A stretch of 64,000 nucleotides of DNA from Blastocystis sp. Blastoise (lineage: Eukaryota > Protista > Bigyra: Opalinata). Both the position numbers and the translations under genes were made by a program. The DNA lies in the NCBI GenBank assembly GCA_039096225.1, contig JBBPEB010000033.1, forward strand, positions 434,001 to 498,000, read 5' to 3'. Below the pieces are notes generated by a model that saw nothing but the letters and a program-made list of their open reading frames with translations, was not told the DNA's origin and ran no database searches. Below are positions 1 to 18,598 of the stretch, one piece after another (position 1 is the first letter of the stretch; every line of letters begins with the position of its first letter).

Positions 1-5902
<5,902 letters not shown>

Positions 5903-6287
5903 TTTCTTTTTTTTTAATTTATATATACTTGAACTTTTTCCATTTTTTGTCTTTTTATTTTTTTAGCTATTATTTATAATAATAATAATGCTTATGTTCT
6001 ATTTTATAGTCACTTTTTACCTTTTTATATAATTTTCCATTTTTATAGTTTTGTTATTCATATATAGTTATACTATTATAGTATTAGTTCTTATCTCTAG
6101 TTATTCATTTATGTATATTGTTTTGTTTGTAGTATACTTATATAGATAGTCTTTCTTTTATAAAATTAAAATTGTTTATGTACATGAATAAAATAAAAGA
6201 TTATACATGAATGAAATTAATAAACAAGACTTTATCACATTTAGGAACAATATATTAAACATATATATATATATTTGTAGGAACATA

Positions 6288-8818
6288 TTATGCTTGATAG
6301 AATGCTTTCAAAGTTGTATAATATAATGGTTGAACAATATTTGTTTTGGGTCCTGATTTCAGCACTTTAACAGCGACATAGCGTCCAATTTCAGGAGCAG
6401 TTGAATTTAAATTAAGATAATTTTCAGAAATAATATTGGAATGATTGTTGGAAGATATATAGATATCTTTATTATTCCATATCATATTATCTATATATAT
6501 ATGATTAAATAGAATATTAGAAATGAATAATTCTAATCATATATATATGATTAAATAGAAAATTGGAAATAAATAATTCTAATCATATATATATATGATT
6601 AAATAGAAAATTGAGAATAAATAATTCTAATCATATATATATATATAATTACCTTTAAATATACATAATTTATTTGCATCATTCTTGCCGATATATTCCA
6701 TTTTCTCTTTTGTACTGTGTTTACTAGTACCTGTTAATAAGATCAATTGAATCTGGTCCGTTTCCTTCGTACATGTTGTGTTTCGTACGTCGTAAAAAGT
6801 GTTAATAATCTCTGTGAGTCGCATTTGTTTTAATCCTTGAGGAACATCATCCTAGATATATATATTATATATTATATATGATATATTATATATTATTATA
6901 AATATAATTTGAATAGTCTATGAATTCCATAATAATAAATATTTTTCATATCAATAAATAACGAATAAAAATTATATATACATATTTATATATATTATAT
7001 ACTTTATATTTCTTAAATGCTGATGATTGTTCTCTCATAGAATAAGCGAACATAAATGCTGTGTCATACTGTACCTCTTGTAATAGAGATAGTGTCTCTT
7101 TGTGTTCCTCAGCAGTTTCCCCACAGAAACCTGCAATTATATCTGTAGATAATGATACGTTTGGAAGGACCTATATATATAATATAATAAATATAATATA
7201 ATATATAATATATATATATAGAGTCAGATATATATAGCAACTATATATAACTACTATATACATCTTTAATAGTATGTATAAGTTGCATATAAGATTCCCG
7301 TGAATATCCTCGATTCATTCGATGCAGACAGGAGGATGAGCCACTTTGTGCAGGGATATGTAATTGTTTACATATATTTGAGTGACTCGCAATAACTTCT
7401 AAAACTGGTAAAGGAAAATCTTTTGGATGAGGAGAAGTAAAACGAATTCTCATTTCGGGGTCTACTTCAGCCACTTGTTTTAGTAATTCATGGAATAGTA
7501 TTCCATTACGGTGAGATTGTATTCCAGGATTCGAGAAACCAGGAGCAGTCACATATTGTGTTTCAGTATTTTTTTGAGTTCTATATATATAAGATTTTTG
7601 AGTTTAATAATAAAGAATATGTTCTTATAAAAGCAAATCCATATAAATAAATAAATATAAATATATATATATATATATATATACAAATCACAATAAGAGT
7701 TAACATTTTGTCCAAGTAACGTGATTTCTTTATATCCTTTGGAAGAGAGGTAAGAAACCTCTCTCAGGATGGTATCAATAGGCTTACTGCGCTCTCTACC
7801 CTAGAGAGACGGGAAAATATTATACGAATAGAATATATATTAGATATATCTTTTAATATTTATAATTAGGTTATTATTATTATCATAATAATAAAAATTA
7901 TTATTATTATTATTAATATGACTATATACACGAGTAAAAGGTACAACACAATAACTACACATATTGTTACAGCCCCTCATGACCGTTATAAATCCAGAAG
8001 GGGGTCCTGATTTATGAGCACTAATAATATCACTGTATGTCTCTTCTGAATGAACATCATATTCTGTAGAATCATGTCTATTCTATATATATATAATGAT
8101 TATAGATACTCTATTTAATAAAGAAAACTTAATAAATATATATTTATAAACATGCTTATAATAATAAAAAAAAGTGTCCTAAAACAGCAGAATTAATAAA
8201 TATATAAAAAACTATTAATAATAATAAATAGAACATAAGATATAATTTATACTTCTAAATGATTAATAGCTGTAGGTAGATCTTTATAGCAATCAGGTCC
8301 TGAAGCAATATTTACACCGCTATCCAGTAATTGACTCTCTAATCGTTCAGCCATACAACCTAAAATACCTATTAATAAGGAGTCATTTTTCATAGATTTT
8401 GACATTGCACGTAATTGGCCAATTCTGTTGAATATTTTTGTTTCTGCATGCTCACGAACACTGCAAGTATTTAAGAATACAATATCGGCTTCTTTATCTG
8501 AATTAACTTCTGAAAACCCATTATCGTTCAGAATGGTTCGAACAACATCACTATCCTCTGTATTCATTTGACAACCATATGTTTCAATATAATATTTCTT
8601 AATACCATGAGAATCTCGTGTTACGGAATCACTATTAGACGTTTTCTTGATATATCTCTATTTTGTATAGTTGACAAAAGCAATGTATGATAATATACAG
8701 GACTTTTCTTTAAGAAATCATCAATATTTTTCCCATCTTGAGGTAATTGTCTAGTAACAATAGAACGAATCAATGTTCTTTGGGTTGCAACTATTGCTCT
8801 CGATAAATTCTGCATCAT
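6288..8818 (-). CDS. CDK5RAP1: tRNA methylthiotransferase MiaB/CDK5RAP1 (UPF0004 + radical SAM + TRAM), probably mitochondrial/MRO-targeted
   Basis: Spliced product has [25 protein letters not shown], radical-SAM [49 protein letters not shown] and a C-terminal TRAM-like part. N-terminus is Arg/Ser-rich and acid-free. First intron 8698-8658. Confidence 0.95.
6492..6645. repeat. ~44-nt intronic minisatellite, ~3 copies
   Basis: ATATATATGATTAAATAGAAWATT..AAATAATTCTAATC repeated in the last MiaB intron. Confidence 0.8.
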
Positions 8819-8988
8819 AATAAAACTTAATAATCGTATTACGATGGTAAATACACAATTTTTGACTTCCCAAGAAACTATTTCATGTGTTGGCTTTATT
8901 TTGAAATAGAATCGTGAACTAGAAATAATTTTCTCTTTTTGTTTATTTCTATGTTCATTGAGATAATCTAATCGAAAATACGTGAATC
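8819..8988. promoter_or_regulatory. 170-bp divergent (bidirectional) promoter interval between MiaB and DHX34
   Basis: Head-to-head ATGs at 8818 (-) and 8989 (+); contains TTCCCAAGAAA at 8867-8877. Confidence 0.6.
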
Positions 8989-10924
8989 ATGGATCAACTA
9001 CAATTTGAAGACATATGGTTAAGAAATAAATTTGTTTTATGCCAACAATCAGGCATGTTCTTCTTTAAAACTCAATATGAGTTTGAAAACAATTTATTAA
9101 TTCAAGATTTTGATGGTATTTATTTTATTAATATACTTTATTTAATCCTAATTCAGATTTCCTGAAGAGATTCCTTGTTTCTGTTTTCAAATTTGGTATC
9201 GATAAGGTATATACATTATTATATATTTCTGCATTGCATATAGATTGAGAAAAAAGTTCAAAATATGAATTTTATTCTTCCTCAATGTGATAGTCTTCTT
9301 CAATGTGAATTATCATCCTTTATTGACTCTTCCTTTCTTACCATTATACGAATCTCATTTTATTTATTTTTTGAATACAAACAGAAACAATCATTCAATC
9401 AAATGAAAGAAGTATAAATATATATTATTTATTTTGTTTTTTATTTTATTTATATTTATTTTTTTTTTATATATTTTATTTATTTTAATCATTTTATTTA
9501 TTTTATTTATTTTATTTATTTTATTTATTTTATTTTTTTTATTTATTATTTTTTTTTATTCTATTTATTATATTAATTCTATAGATACTAAATGAGAAAA
9601 TGAAATTACCTATATATGAGTATAGAGAAGAGATATTAAACACAATTCGTAAGAATCAAATTACTATTATTAGCGGAGATACTGGTTGTGGTAAAAGTAC
9701 TCAAGTATATATATATATATATATAATTATATATAATGATATACTTGAATATGGCTTATATATATAAGTATATTTTAATTATTATTATATTATATATATA
9801 TAGATACCTCAGTATTTATATGAAGATGGATATAAACATATTGTATGTACTCAACCACGTCGAATCTCTACAATGAGTTTGTGTGACAGAGTGAGGGACG
9901 AGACACAATTCGATAGTGTTCATACTGTATATAGAATCATCATAATCATTATAATCATAATAACATATATATATATATATAGGTCAGTTATCAGATCCGT
10001 TTTGATAGTACGGAGAACAATAACACTCGAATCTTATATTGTACGGAAGGAATTCTTATACGAAAACTATTAAATTCACCTATGTATACATATATATATA
10101 TATTATTTCATATAAAATATTTTTTTTACATTTTTTATACTATTATCTTTATCACATACATATAGTGACGCACTCTTTGACGTACTCATCGTCGATGAGG
10201 TTCATGAACGCCATGTCACGTGTGATTTCTTATTAGGAATTCTATCCTTATTACTCCCTAAATTCCCGCGGTTAAAGCTAGTTTTAATGAGTGCTACATT
10301 AGATATATCTGTATATAAAGAATTATTTCCTACTTATAAGTATATAAAAATACCTGGTCGAATGTTCCCTGTAGATAGTATATATATATTATTATTATTT
10401 TTTTTTGTTATGTATATATTATTATTATTCTATTTAATACATTTCGTTTATTATTATTATGTTTTTAATATACTTATTATATATATATATATAGTACAAT
10501 ACTGTCCATTAACTGATATAACGATTCAACGAAAAACAAATGATAATGAACTCAAAGTATATATATCTATATATATATATATATATAGATGTATACATTA
10601 CCAATTGATCCTATTCCTTATTTACGTATATTACAAAGAATTGATGAACTTTATGATGAGGATAACCGCGGGGATCTGCTTGTTTTTGTTTCTGGATATC
10701 GTGATATTCAAATATTAAAAGATAAACTTGAAGAAGTATATAGTTATATATTTATTTAATATATTCGTGTATATAGTAATATATATTTATTTAATATGTT
10801 TTCATACATTTATATATAATTATTATTATATAGTATGCAGAAATCTCTAAGAGATGGTATATTCTTCGATTACACAGTACTCTCTCCAGAGAAGAACAAA
10901 ATAAAGTATTCAAACTGGCTCCAG

Positions 10925-10958
<34 letters not shown>

Positions 10959-11943
10959 TCATTCTTTATAAAACATTTTTTTTTCTTTTTATGATATGTA
11001 TACTATTGATTTGTTTTATTATTTATATACATATATATTTTCTTTTTATTATATATAACATATAATTATAACTATCTATATATCACGACTATAACATATA
11101 ATTATAACTATATATATATATAGGGTATACGTAAATGTATATTAAGTACGAATATAGCAGAGACCTCCGTGACGCTCCCCGATATTCGGTTCGTTGTGGA
11201 TAGCGGCAAAGTATTTGGCGGGATTCTATTTCATTCTTTTTTCTATATTCTATATATATATATATATATCATTTCTTTTATTTTTTATTCTATATATATA
11301 TAAATTTAAATATATATATATATATATATATATAGATGAAGCAGTTATGTTTATCGTTCTCTTCCTCTACATACACTCTCTATGAGTATTATATCTCTCA
11401 ATCCGCGGCAAACCAAAGGGCGGGAAGAGCAGGGAGAACTGGACCCGGTATCTGCTTTCGGTATATATATATATAAAGAATATTAATTACATTTATATAT
11501 AAAGAATGCAAATTATATTTATATATAAAGAATATTAATTATATTTATATATAAAGAATATTAATTATATTTATATATAAAGAGTATTAATTATATATAT
11601 TTATATATAAATAGAATGTACAGTGAGGAAGAATATAATAATATGAATATATATACAGAGCCGGAAATACTAAGAGTTCCTTTAGAAGATCTAGCTTTAC
11701 AAGTATATAAATATATATAAAGAGTATTAATAATATATATTTCATTTATTATATTATATACATATATATGTATATATAGTTATTATTATTATCTCATAAT
11801 AATGTGATATCACGTGATCATCGGCTGCTTCAGACGTTTCAAATGATGAACACACCGTCATCGGAACACATTCAACGTGCTTATGATATTTTATTAAATA
11901 TCGGAGCAATCAAGAATTATTCATCAATGTCTCTCACTTCATT

Positions 11944-12031
<88 letters not shown>

Positions 12032-13157
12032 TACTTTGGCTTTATTACCTCTATCTCCAACAATTGGGTACATATGTATTTATGGGTCCCTATTTCATTT
12101 ATTTTATTATGCAGTTGTTTTAGCAGCAACTCTTTCTGTTCAATCATTATATCTACCAAATAAAACGACTTTTAATTTAAATAATTCTAAGAATACTGTA
12201 GATTCCCGTGGGAATATAATGGTTTATGATATTCTCTCTGAAGATGGTGATATATTAACGAATATTAATATAATTATAGAATGGATACAATTAAAAAATA
12301 ACCGTGGGAATACCTTTAAATGGTGTCGATCTCATGGAATCAATGAAAGCAGTATATATGACTGTATAGAGTTAATTAAACAATATATAAATACATTAAA
12401 AACAACAAAGATACTTCACTTGGAAGACTCTATGTATATATATTATAATACTTATTTCATTTAAATATAGAAGAATTCTATTAACTGCTATTTATTATAT
12501 ATATATATATAGGGAAATGAAGAATAACAAGAGGAAAATACAAGATTATAAGTATATATAAATAAATATAATGATTTAAGTATATATATAGATCACGTTC
12601 GAAAAGATCATTGGTTCACGGAGTGTTAACAGATGCCGATGTGTACGGCTATAGAAACACAGTACAAAATGATGAAGATACAGATGAAGAAGAAGATAAT
12701 CTTGGTATTTATATACATAGTAGGATTATATTATTTATAACAATATGTATTCCATTAAAAATAATAGTTTTTTTTATTATACTAATATAATAATATTTGT
12801 TCTATGTATTATATAGATCCATCCCTAGAACGTCAATCGACTCTCTTTTCTCTCTCTACAAATATTCAGTCCTTAGCACATCATTTACTGCCTTTAAATC
12901 GAAAAGATTCGCGGTTATTGGGCATTTTTACCGCCATTTGTTTATATCCTAATTTAGCTATTTCTGATCCAATTAATATAAGTCGAAAGATACCAGAATA
13001 TATATATCATTCATTATTTAAAAAGAACCTTCTTCTTCATCCCTCAAGGTGTGCATATATATATAGTTTTATTATATTTATTGTTATTATTATAATAAAA
13101 CTATATATATTATATTATTATTATATAGTTCACTTGTTCGTCTACTAAATAAAGATC

Positions 13158-13217
<60 letters not shown>

Positions 13218-14779
13218 CCATCAGTCGATACTTATCCATTTGAACATAATGTTATTGTTTATGAAAAAATACAAGAATCACTTCATCCATATATATATAA
13301 TGCTCTTCTTCTTCCTGCTATTCATACATTATTATTAGTGTCAAAGTAAATTTTTATATATAATAAATTATATATGAATCAATATAATATTTAATAATCA
13401 AAATATAATTATATAAATAATCATTTTGTAATAATACTTTTCCTTCTATTCTTTTATTTTAGGATTATTGATATTAACGTAGAATGTAATTCTATTCTCT
13501 TTGATAACTGGATATATATATCTATTCCAAACAAAGAAGACTTTCTATATGTATATTATATATATATATGTATATTATTATTCTTTTAGAATCTATTATC
13601 ATTACATATATATATATAATATATATATATTCTATTTATATATAATAGATGCTTAAAAAATCTCAAGAAATCCGTCGTACTCTCTCTATATATATATCTA
13701 CTTCTCTTCCTCCTCTTCCTCAATCTTCTCATGAGAAATATCAGAAATACTCTGATAAGGAACATAATAACCATGGGAATGGATTTATATCACCACATTC
13801 ATTAAAAGGAGAAACAAAAGAAATTTCTGTTATGAATGAAATATTACATATATATAGAGACTCGTATATATATATATATATATATATATAAGAATTATGT
13901 ATGCATACATATATATATAGATATAAGCCTCATTATTCAAATGGAGAAGATATTTATAACCAATTATATCGTTATATAAACCTAGATATACAGTACTCCG
14001 TACAATATATCACGCCGTCGCAAGTCCAGATTGTACTGGTATCATTATCTATATAGTCATAATAATATATATGATTTATTATGCTTTTCTTATAAACATT
14101 TCTCTTCTTATATACTTATATATCAGTATATCTAAATATTGTTCCTATCTCTATCTCTCCATCTATATATCATTATATATCATTATTTATATTCTTATAT
14201 ATATAGGGACGTGTGAATCCCTATGAAGATGATGATTCCAATAATAACAGCGGGGATTCTTCAAATATAACTTCAAATACTCTTCATGTAGATGCTATAA
14301 GTGAATTAGAAGCAGGTTTAAATATACAAAAAGAGAGAGATACATTATTAAATAGTTACCATGTTAACAATAACAATATGAATGATTCAAAAATAAAGAA
14401 TAATGAATTGTCTTCTGCAATGAATTCAAGTCCAAAAACTATAAGTACTGATACAAAAGTCAGTGATGATCTGAAAGTTGATGAATCCAATAATATATTA
14501 CAACAAGAGAATAAGTCAAATAATAAACAAGAAAAAGCAGCTTTTAATGCGGATATCACAAGTTCTTCAGATCGTAAAGGAACTCAAATCACTCCTTTTA
14601 TATGGTTTGGTTCATTAGTGGCAAGTTTACCTTCTTCAGATTGTCCGATTGATGAATCAGAGCATATATATAAGTTATGGACCTGCCCGATATGTCATCA
14701 GGAATTAAGAGTCAATAACAAACAAATGAAACAGCACATTAAACTATGTAAGGAAAATAATGTGTCTACACATATATAA
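8989..14779 (+). CDS. DHX34: DEAH-box RNA helicase, DHX34-like (multi-exon)
   Basis: Reconstructed exons give [84 protein letters not shown]2/OB-like regions and a terminal CPIC..H..C Zn-finger-like motif. The pre-helicase segment and C-terminal finger resemble DHX34. Confidence 0.88.
11946..12027 (+). repeat. 82-nt intron consisting solely of GT(AT)nAG
   Basis: Removal joins [15 protein letters not shown] in frame (HA2-like region). Confidence 0.9.
13160..13217 (+). repeat. 58-nt intron consisting solely of GT(AT)nAG
   Basis: Removal joins LLNKDQ to [21 protein letters not shown] in frame. Confidence 0.85.
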
Positions 14780-15124
14780 CTATTATACATTTGATTCACA
14801 TAATCTTGATAATAATACAAGAATATTGTTGAGTTCAACAGAGTGAATAAACGTACTTTTGAGTACATTGTAGTGTTTGATTTTATTCATTAAACATTTT
14901 ACTCATAATTAGAATACTTGTGAATATTAAAAACATATAAGTTGCATTGAAATTAATAATTATTTAGAATATAAAGAATAAAAATAAAATAATTGAAAAG
15001 AATGGAATTATAAAATATGACTAGTAATGTAAATAATTACCGTGGGGATTAACGAGATGTTTTTTGGGTACTATTAGAACATGAAAGAGAGAATTTTAAG
15101 AAATTTTAAAATTATATCTAAACG

Positions 15125-15583
15125 ATGGCTCAGGTGTTTTATCCAAAAGCATTTCGTCAATTAGGTGCAAAGATCTTTGGTAATCTACCTAATGATTCTG
15201 TTCTGTCTACAGGTATCAAGGCAATTAGGAATCCAAATGAGAAATATAAGGTTCAATTCTATTATCCTAGATCCTACAAGTCTATTATGAGAGAGCCTTT
15301 GAAGTATAATACAGATAATTTCATTTTGAATGGTTACCGTCCTTATCAATGGTATCAATATAATGAAATGGAAGCTAATGCTATGTTAAAGAAGGATATG
15401 GGACTTCTTAAGCCTGAAGAGAAGTTTATTTATGCTGACAATAAGGTACGTAAGCCAGTAAATGGTGGTTTAGCTGCTCGTTATCCTTCTGAAGAAGATG
15501 TATATTGGGATCGTAAAGCTAGAAAGATGCATCTACAGGGAAGAGGTCCACCAAAGAAGGGTGAAAAGAGAAGATCAAAGTAA
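15125..15583 (+). CDS. MRPS33: Mitochondrial small ribosomal subunit protein mS33-like (intronless)
   Basis: N-terminal RQLGAKIFG and C-terminal GRGPPKKGEKRR match mS33/Rsm27 signatures; basic 152-aa protein. Confidence 0.75.
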   Translation: MAQVFYPKAFRQLGAKIFGNLPNDSVLSTGIKAIRNPNEKYKVQFYYPRSYKSIMREPLKYNTDNFILNGYRPYQWYQYNEMEANAMLKKDMGLLKPEEKFIYADNKVRKPVNGGLAARYPSEEDVYWDRKARKMHLQGRGPPKKGEKRRSK

Positions 15584-15844
15584 TTTTGTTTTTGTGAACC
15601 ATTTTTCTTCTTATATATATGTTTTTACATTATTTGTATATCCTATATTTATCATACAATTTCATTTTCTTTCTTTTCTTCTTTTAAATACGATTATTGT
15701 TTATATAAATATATATTCTAACGAAATATAATTATTAGTGGGTATTATTATATATTGAGTTTGTATTCATTTTTAAGATTACACAACAAAAAACGATTGT
15801 TTATCATATGTATATATATAGTAGACTACAATAAGTTTAATATT

Positions 15845-17308
15845 TTAATTTTTATTTGAATTGTCTTTAACATCTTTGTTCATTATCAAGAAATCTTTAT
15901 AAATTTGTAATTGTCTCTTTCTCAAAGATAATCGTTCATTTGCTTGTTGCTATATATGTAATTGTTTGAGAATATGTGTATTCCGTAAATAATTATTATT
16001 ATATAAAATATTTAAAAAATAATAAGAAGAATAATTATTATAAAAAATATTTAAAAAAAAGATGAGGAATAATTATTATAAAAATATTTAAAAAATAATA
16101 ATAATAATATATAATATATAATACATAATATATAATAAATAATATATATATAAATAATTATACAACTTCTAACATTTTTCGTTCTTCTAATTGTCGGAGA
16201 TCCAGTTGTCTCCATTCAGAAGCGAAATCCCATTCTAAAGAATTCGGCTGACAAAAGTGTGGAGCTGTTTTTATATTACGAATTGTCTATAGAGATGATT
16301 TCTCATATATTATATTTATATATATAAGGATTCTATTAAAGACTAGATAAATTGTCATTATATATAATAATCATAATAAATGTATTATTATACGTTAATA
16401 TACATACATCTTCTTCGATATCTATATATAATATATATAACAATAAATATTATTATTATTTTAAATGAATATATGATATATATATCAATATATAATATAT
16501 CATATATATACCACATGGCGGGAAAAGTGAGGAAAGAAGAGGTCTTGGTACCCCTCCTAAAACGAACATATTCTCTTTTAGTAATTTATCAACATAACAT
16601 GCTACACGACGTTTTGTAAATAGTACATATCCACTACCCTATATATGTATATATATATTTAAATTTGAAAAACGAAATAAATAAGATATTTCAAATCATT
16701 AAAAAAAAATTTATAAAAACATATAAGAAAGTCAATATATGTATATATAGATTTCTAACAAATGAAAAACGTACACTGTGATTCTTATCTGGATTTACAT
16801 CTAGTTTACTAGAGATAATATCACCAAATTGTAGGAATGCTTCTTCAAAAACAGATTTAGTAACAACAGAACTATATCATCATAAATAGAAATAAAAATA
16901 ATAATTATAAATATGAATTATTCTATTCAAGTGTTTATATTTAAAAAATACCATATATTTGAAATGTAAACTGCTCCTGTGTCGATATACCAATTAGCAA
17001 CAAGATCACGACCTCTTAAAACACAACCATCAAGTTGTTGAAGAGCTGCCTTTGCTTTTGAATGATCACTGTATGTTACTTTTGCATATTGAGGATCTCC
17101 AAAAATCCCTGGAGGTCCAAGATTCTTATTACTACGAGGATTAGGATCCAAATTCATTTTTTCATAATCTCCAAATAGTCTCAAGAAATCACTGAATTCT
17201 GACTCCATGACAATGGGATCTATATTACCAATCCATATCGAGTTACTAAATGATTATTTATATACTATTCAAATATACTTACTATTTTGACTCAAATAAA
17301 ATACTCAT
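15845..17308 (-). CDS. DBHS (NONO/SFPQ/PSPC1)-like RNA-binding protein: RRM1-RRM2-NOPS-coiled coil, 261 aa
   Basis: Seven exons (17308-17283, 17245-16952, 16871-16775, 16638-16512, 16421-16408, 16286-16164, 15949-15845) total 786 nt in frame. RRM2 ends FVLGGVPRPL (NONO FLLTTFPRPV) and is followed by APHFCQPNSLEWDFASEWRQL (NONO [21 protein letters not shown]). Confidence 0.8.
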
Positions 17309-17819
17309 ATCATGAAAATATTATAAATTATTAAAAAAATGAAAAACAAAAATTAAAAAAAATTTTGTTTTATCCCTAATTTCTTAATTCATTAATATAT
17401 TATTTTATTTTTCATTTTTTTTTTTGCGTTTATAATCAAAGTAAAAATAAGTTTTGTAATATATATGGCATTAAACACTCTATTTACCATGAATTGTCTT
17501 ATTTGCTTTCAGTGAAGATTCTTGTTAATAAAATTTATTATTATTTATGTATAAATGGATATGATATAAGTTAAAAATAATATTTAGATTCAATTCAGCT
17601 CAAAATATATGTTGACTAAACATACTTACTTGGTGATTTAGATTAATAAACACAAAAAATTATATGAATATCAATTTTTTAAATAGAATTCTGACATCTT
17701 TAGATAATAAAAGGATATTAATATTGCTTACTAAGTTGTTTTAACTTATAAATGATGACGAATGCATTTTATTTGACTTATTTCTGATGAGAAAAAGTGT
17801 TAATTTGAAATGAAATAGT

Positions 17820-18102
17820 TTGTGGATGTCTAAACATTAAATTGAAGCAGAAAAAACCAGATTAATTCTTTCTAAAGCAAATGACTTATTCAAAAAAGAG
17901 AGCTTATGAATCGATTTTCAATTACAACATTTATCCCAAGCTGCATTTAAGGTATAGTTGAATTTATTATAATTATTAGACTTGAAAAAGAGAGTTTAAG
18001 ATTATGAATTCTTATGAAAATCAAACAAAAACAATCTATTTATGCATGAAAGCATTATTACATAACGTTTATATGAAAAATAAACGAATAAAATGCCAAT
18101 AA
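17820..18102 (+). pseudogene. Possible degraded gene fragment
   Basis: Coding-like frame across a 28-nt GT-AG (17952-17979), interrupted by in-frame TAA (17838) and TGA (17907, 17983). Confidence 0.25.
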
Positions 18103-18598
18103 AAGAGTATTTTTAGAAAAATGGAAAAGGAAAAAATGATTTTACTCGAAAGCAAGATGTTTTTTATATTTTTCTTAATATAAATATATGAAATTCCTCC
18201 CACTTTTTGATTTTCTTTGAAGAAAATCAATTATGGATTATTTTTATGAGCAAAAAGAAATAATTGACTACGAGTCTTAATTCACCTTTAGTATTTAGAT
18301 TTAGTTTTGTAATATAATTTCATTAATATATGTGGAACTGTATAATATAACTAAAATGAAAAAAAACTATAGTGAGTAATCCTCTTTTTACTGATTAACT
18401 GAACATTTTGTTTTTTCAATATCTTGTTCCCCGCGACTCTTCTCGGTTAAACGATGGGAAATCCAAATTCACAAATTGAATGATCTTTTATAGTAATTCT
18501 ATTGGCTCTAATTTTTTTAGCATTCCTTTTTGTTTTTAAAAATAAATATTTCTTCATATTATATTTATTAAATATATTAATTTGAATTTCTATAAATA

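Noticed and set aside
9873-13891. Many short ORFs with YIYIYI or hydrophobic tails, suggesting small membrane proteins
   Set aside because: Read-through of exons into (TA)n introns; the coding parts assemble into one DHX34 gene. The same applies to fragments of CTL, CTU1, PTEN-like and others.
17752-17787. Box C/D snoRNA candidate (ATGATGA...CTGA)
   Set aside because: Only ~36 nt between boxes, no terminal stem or recognisable guide; such boxes arise by chance in AT-rich DNA.
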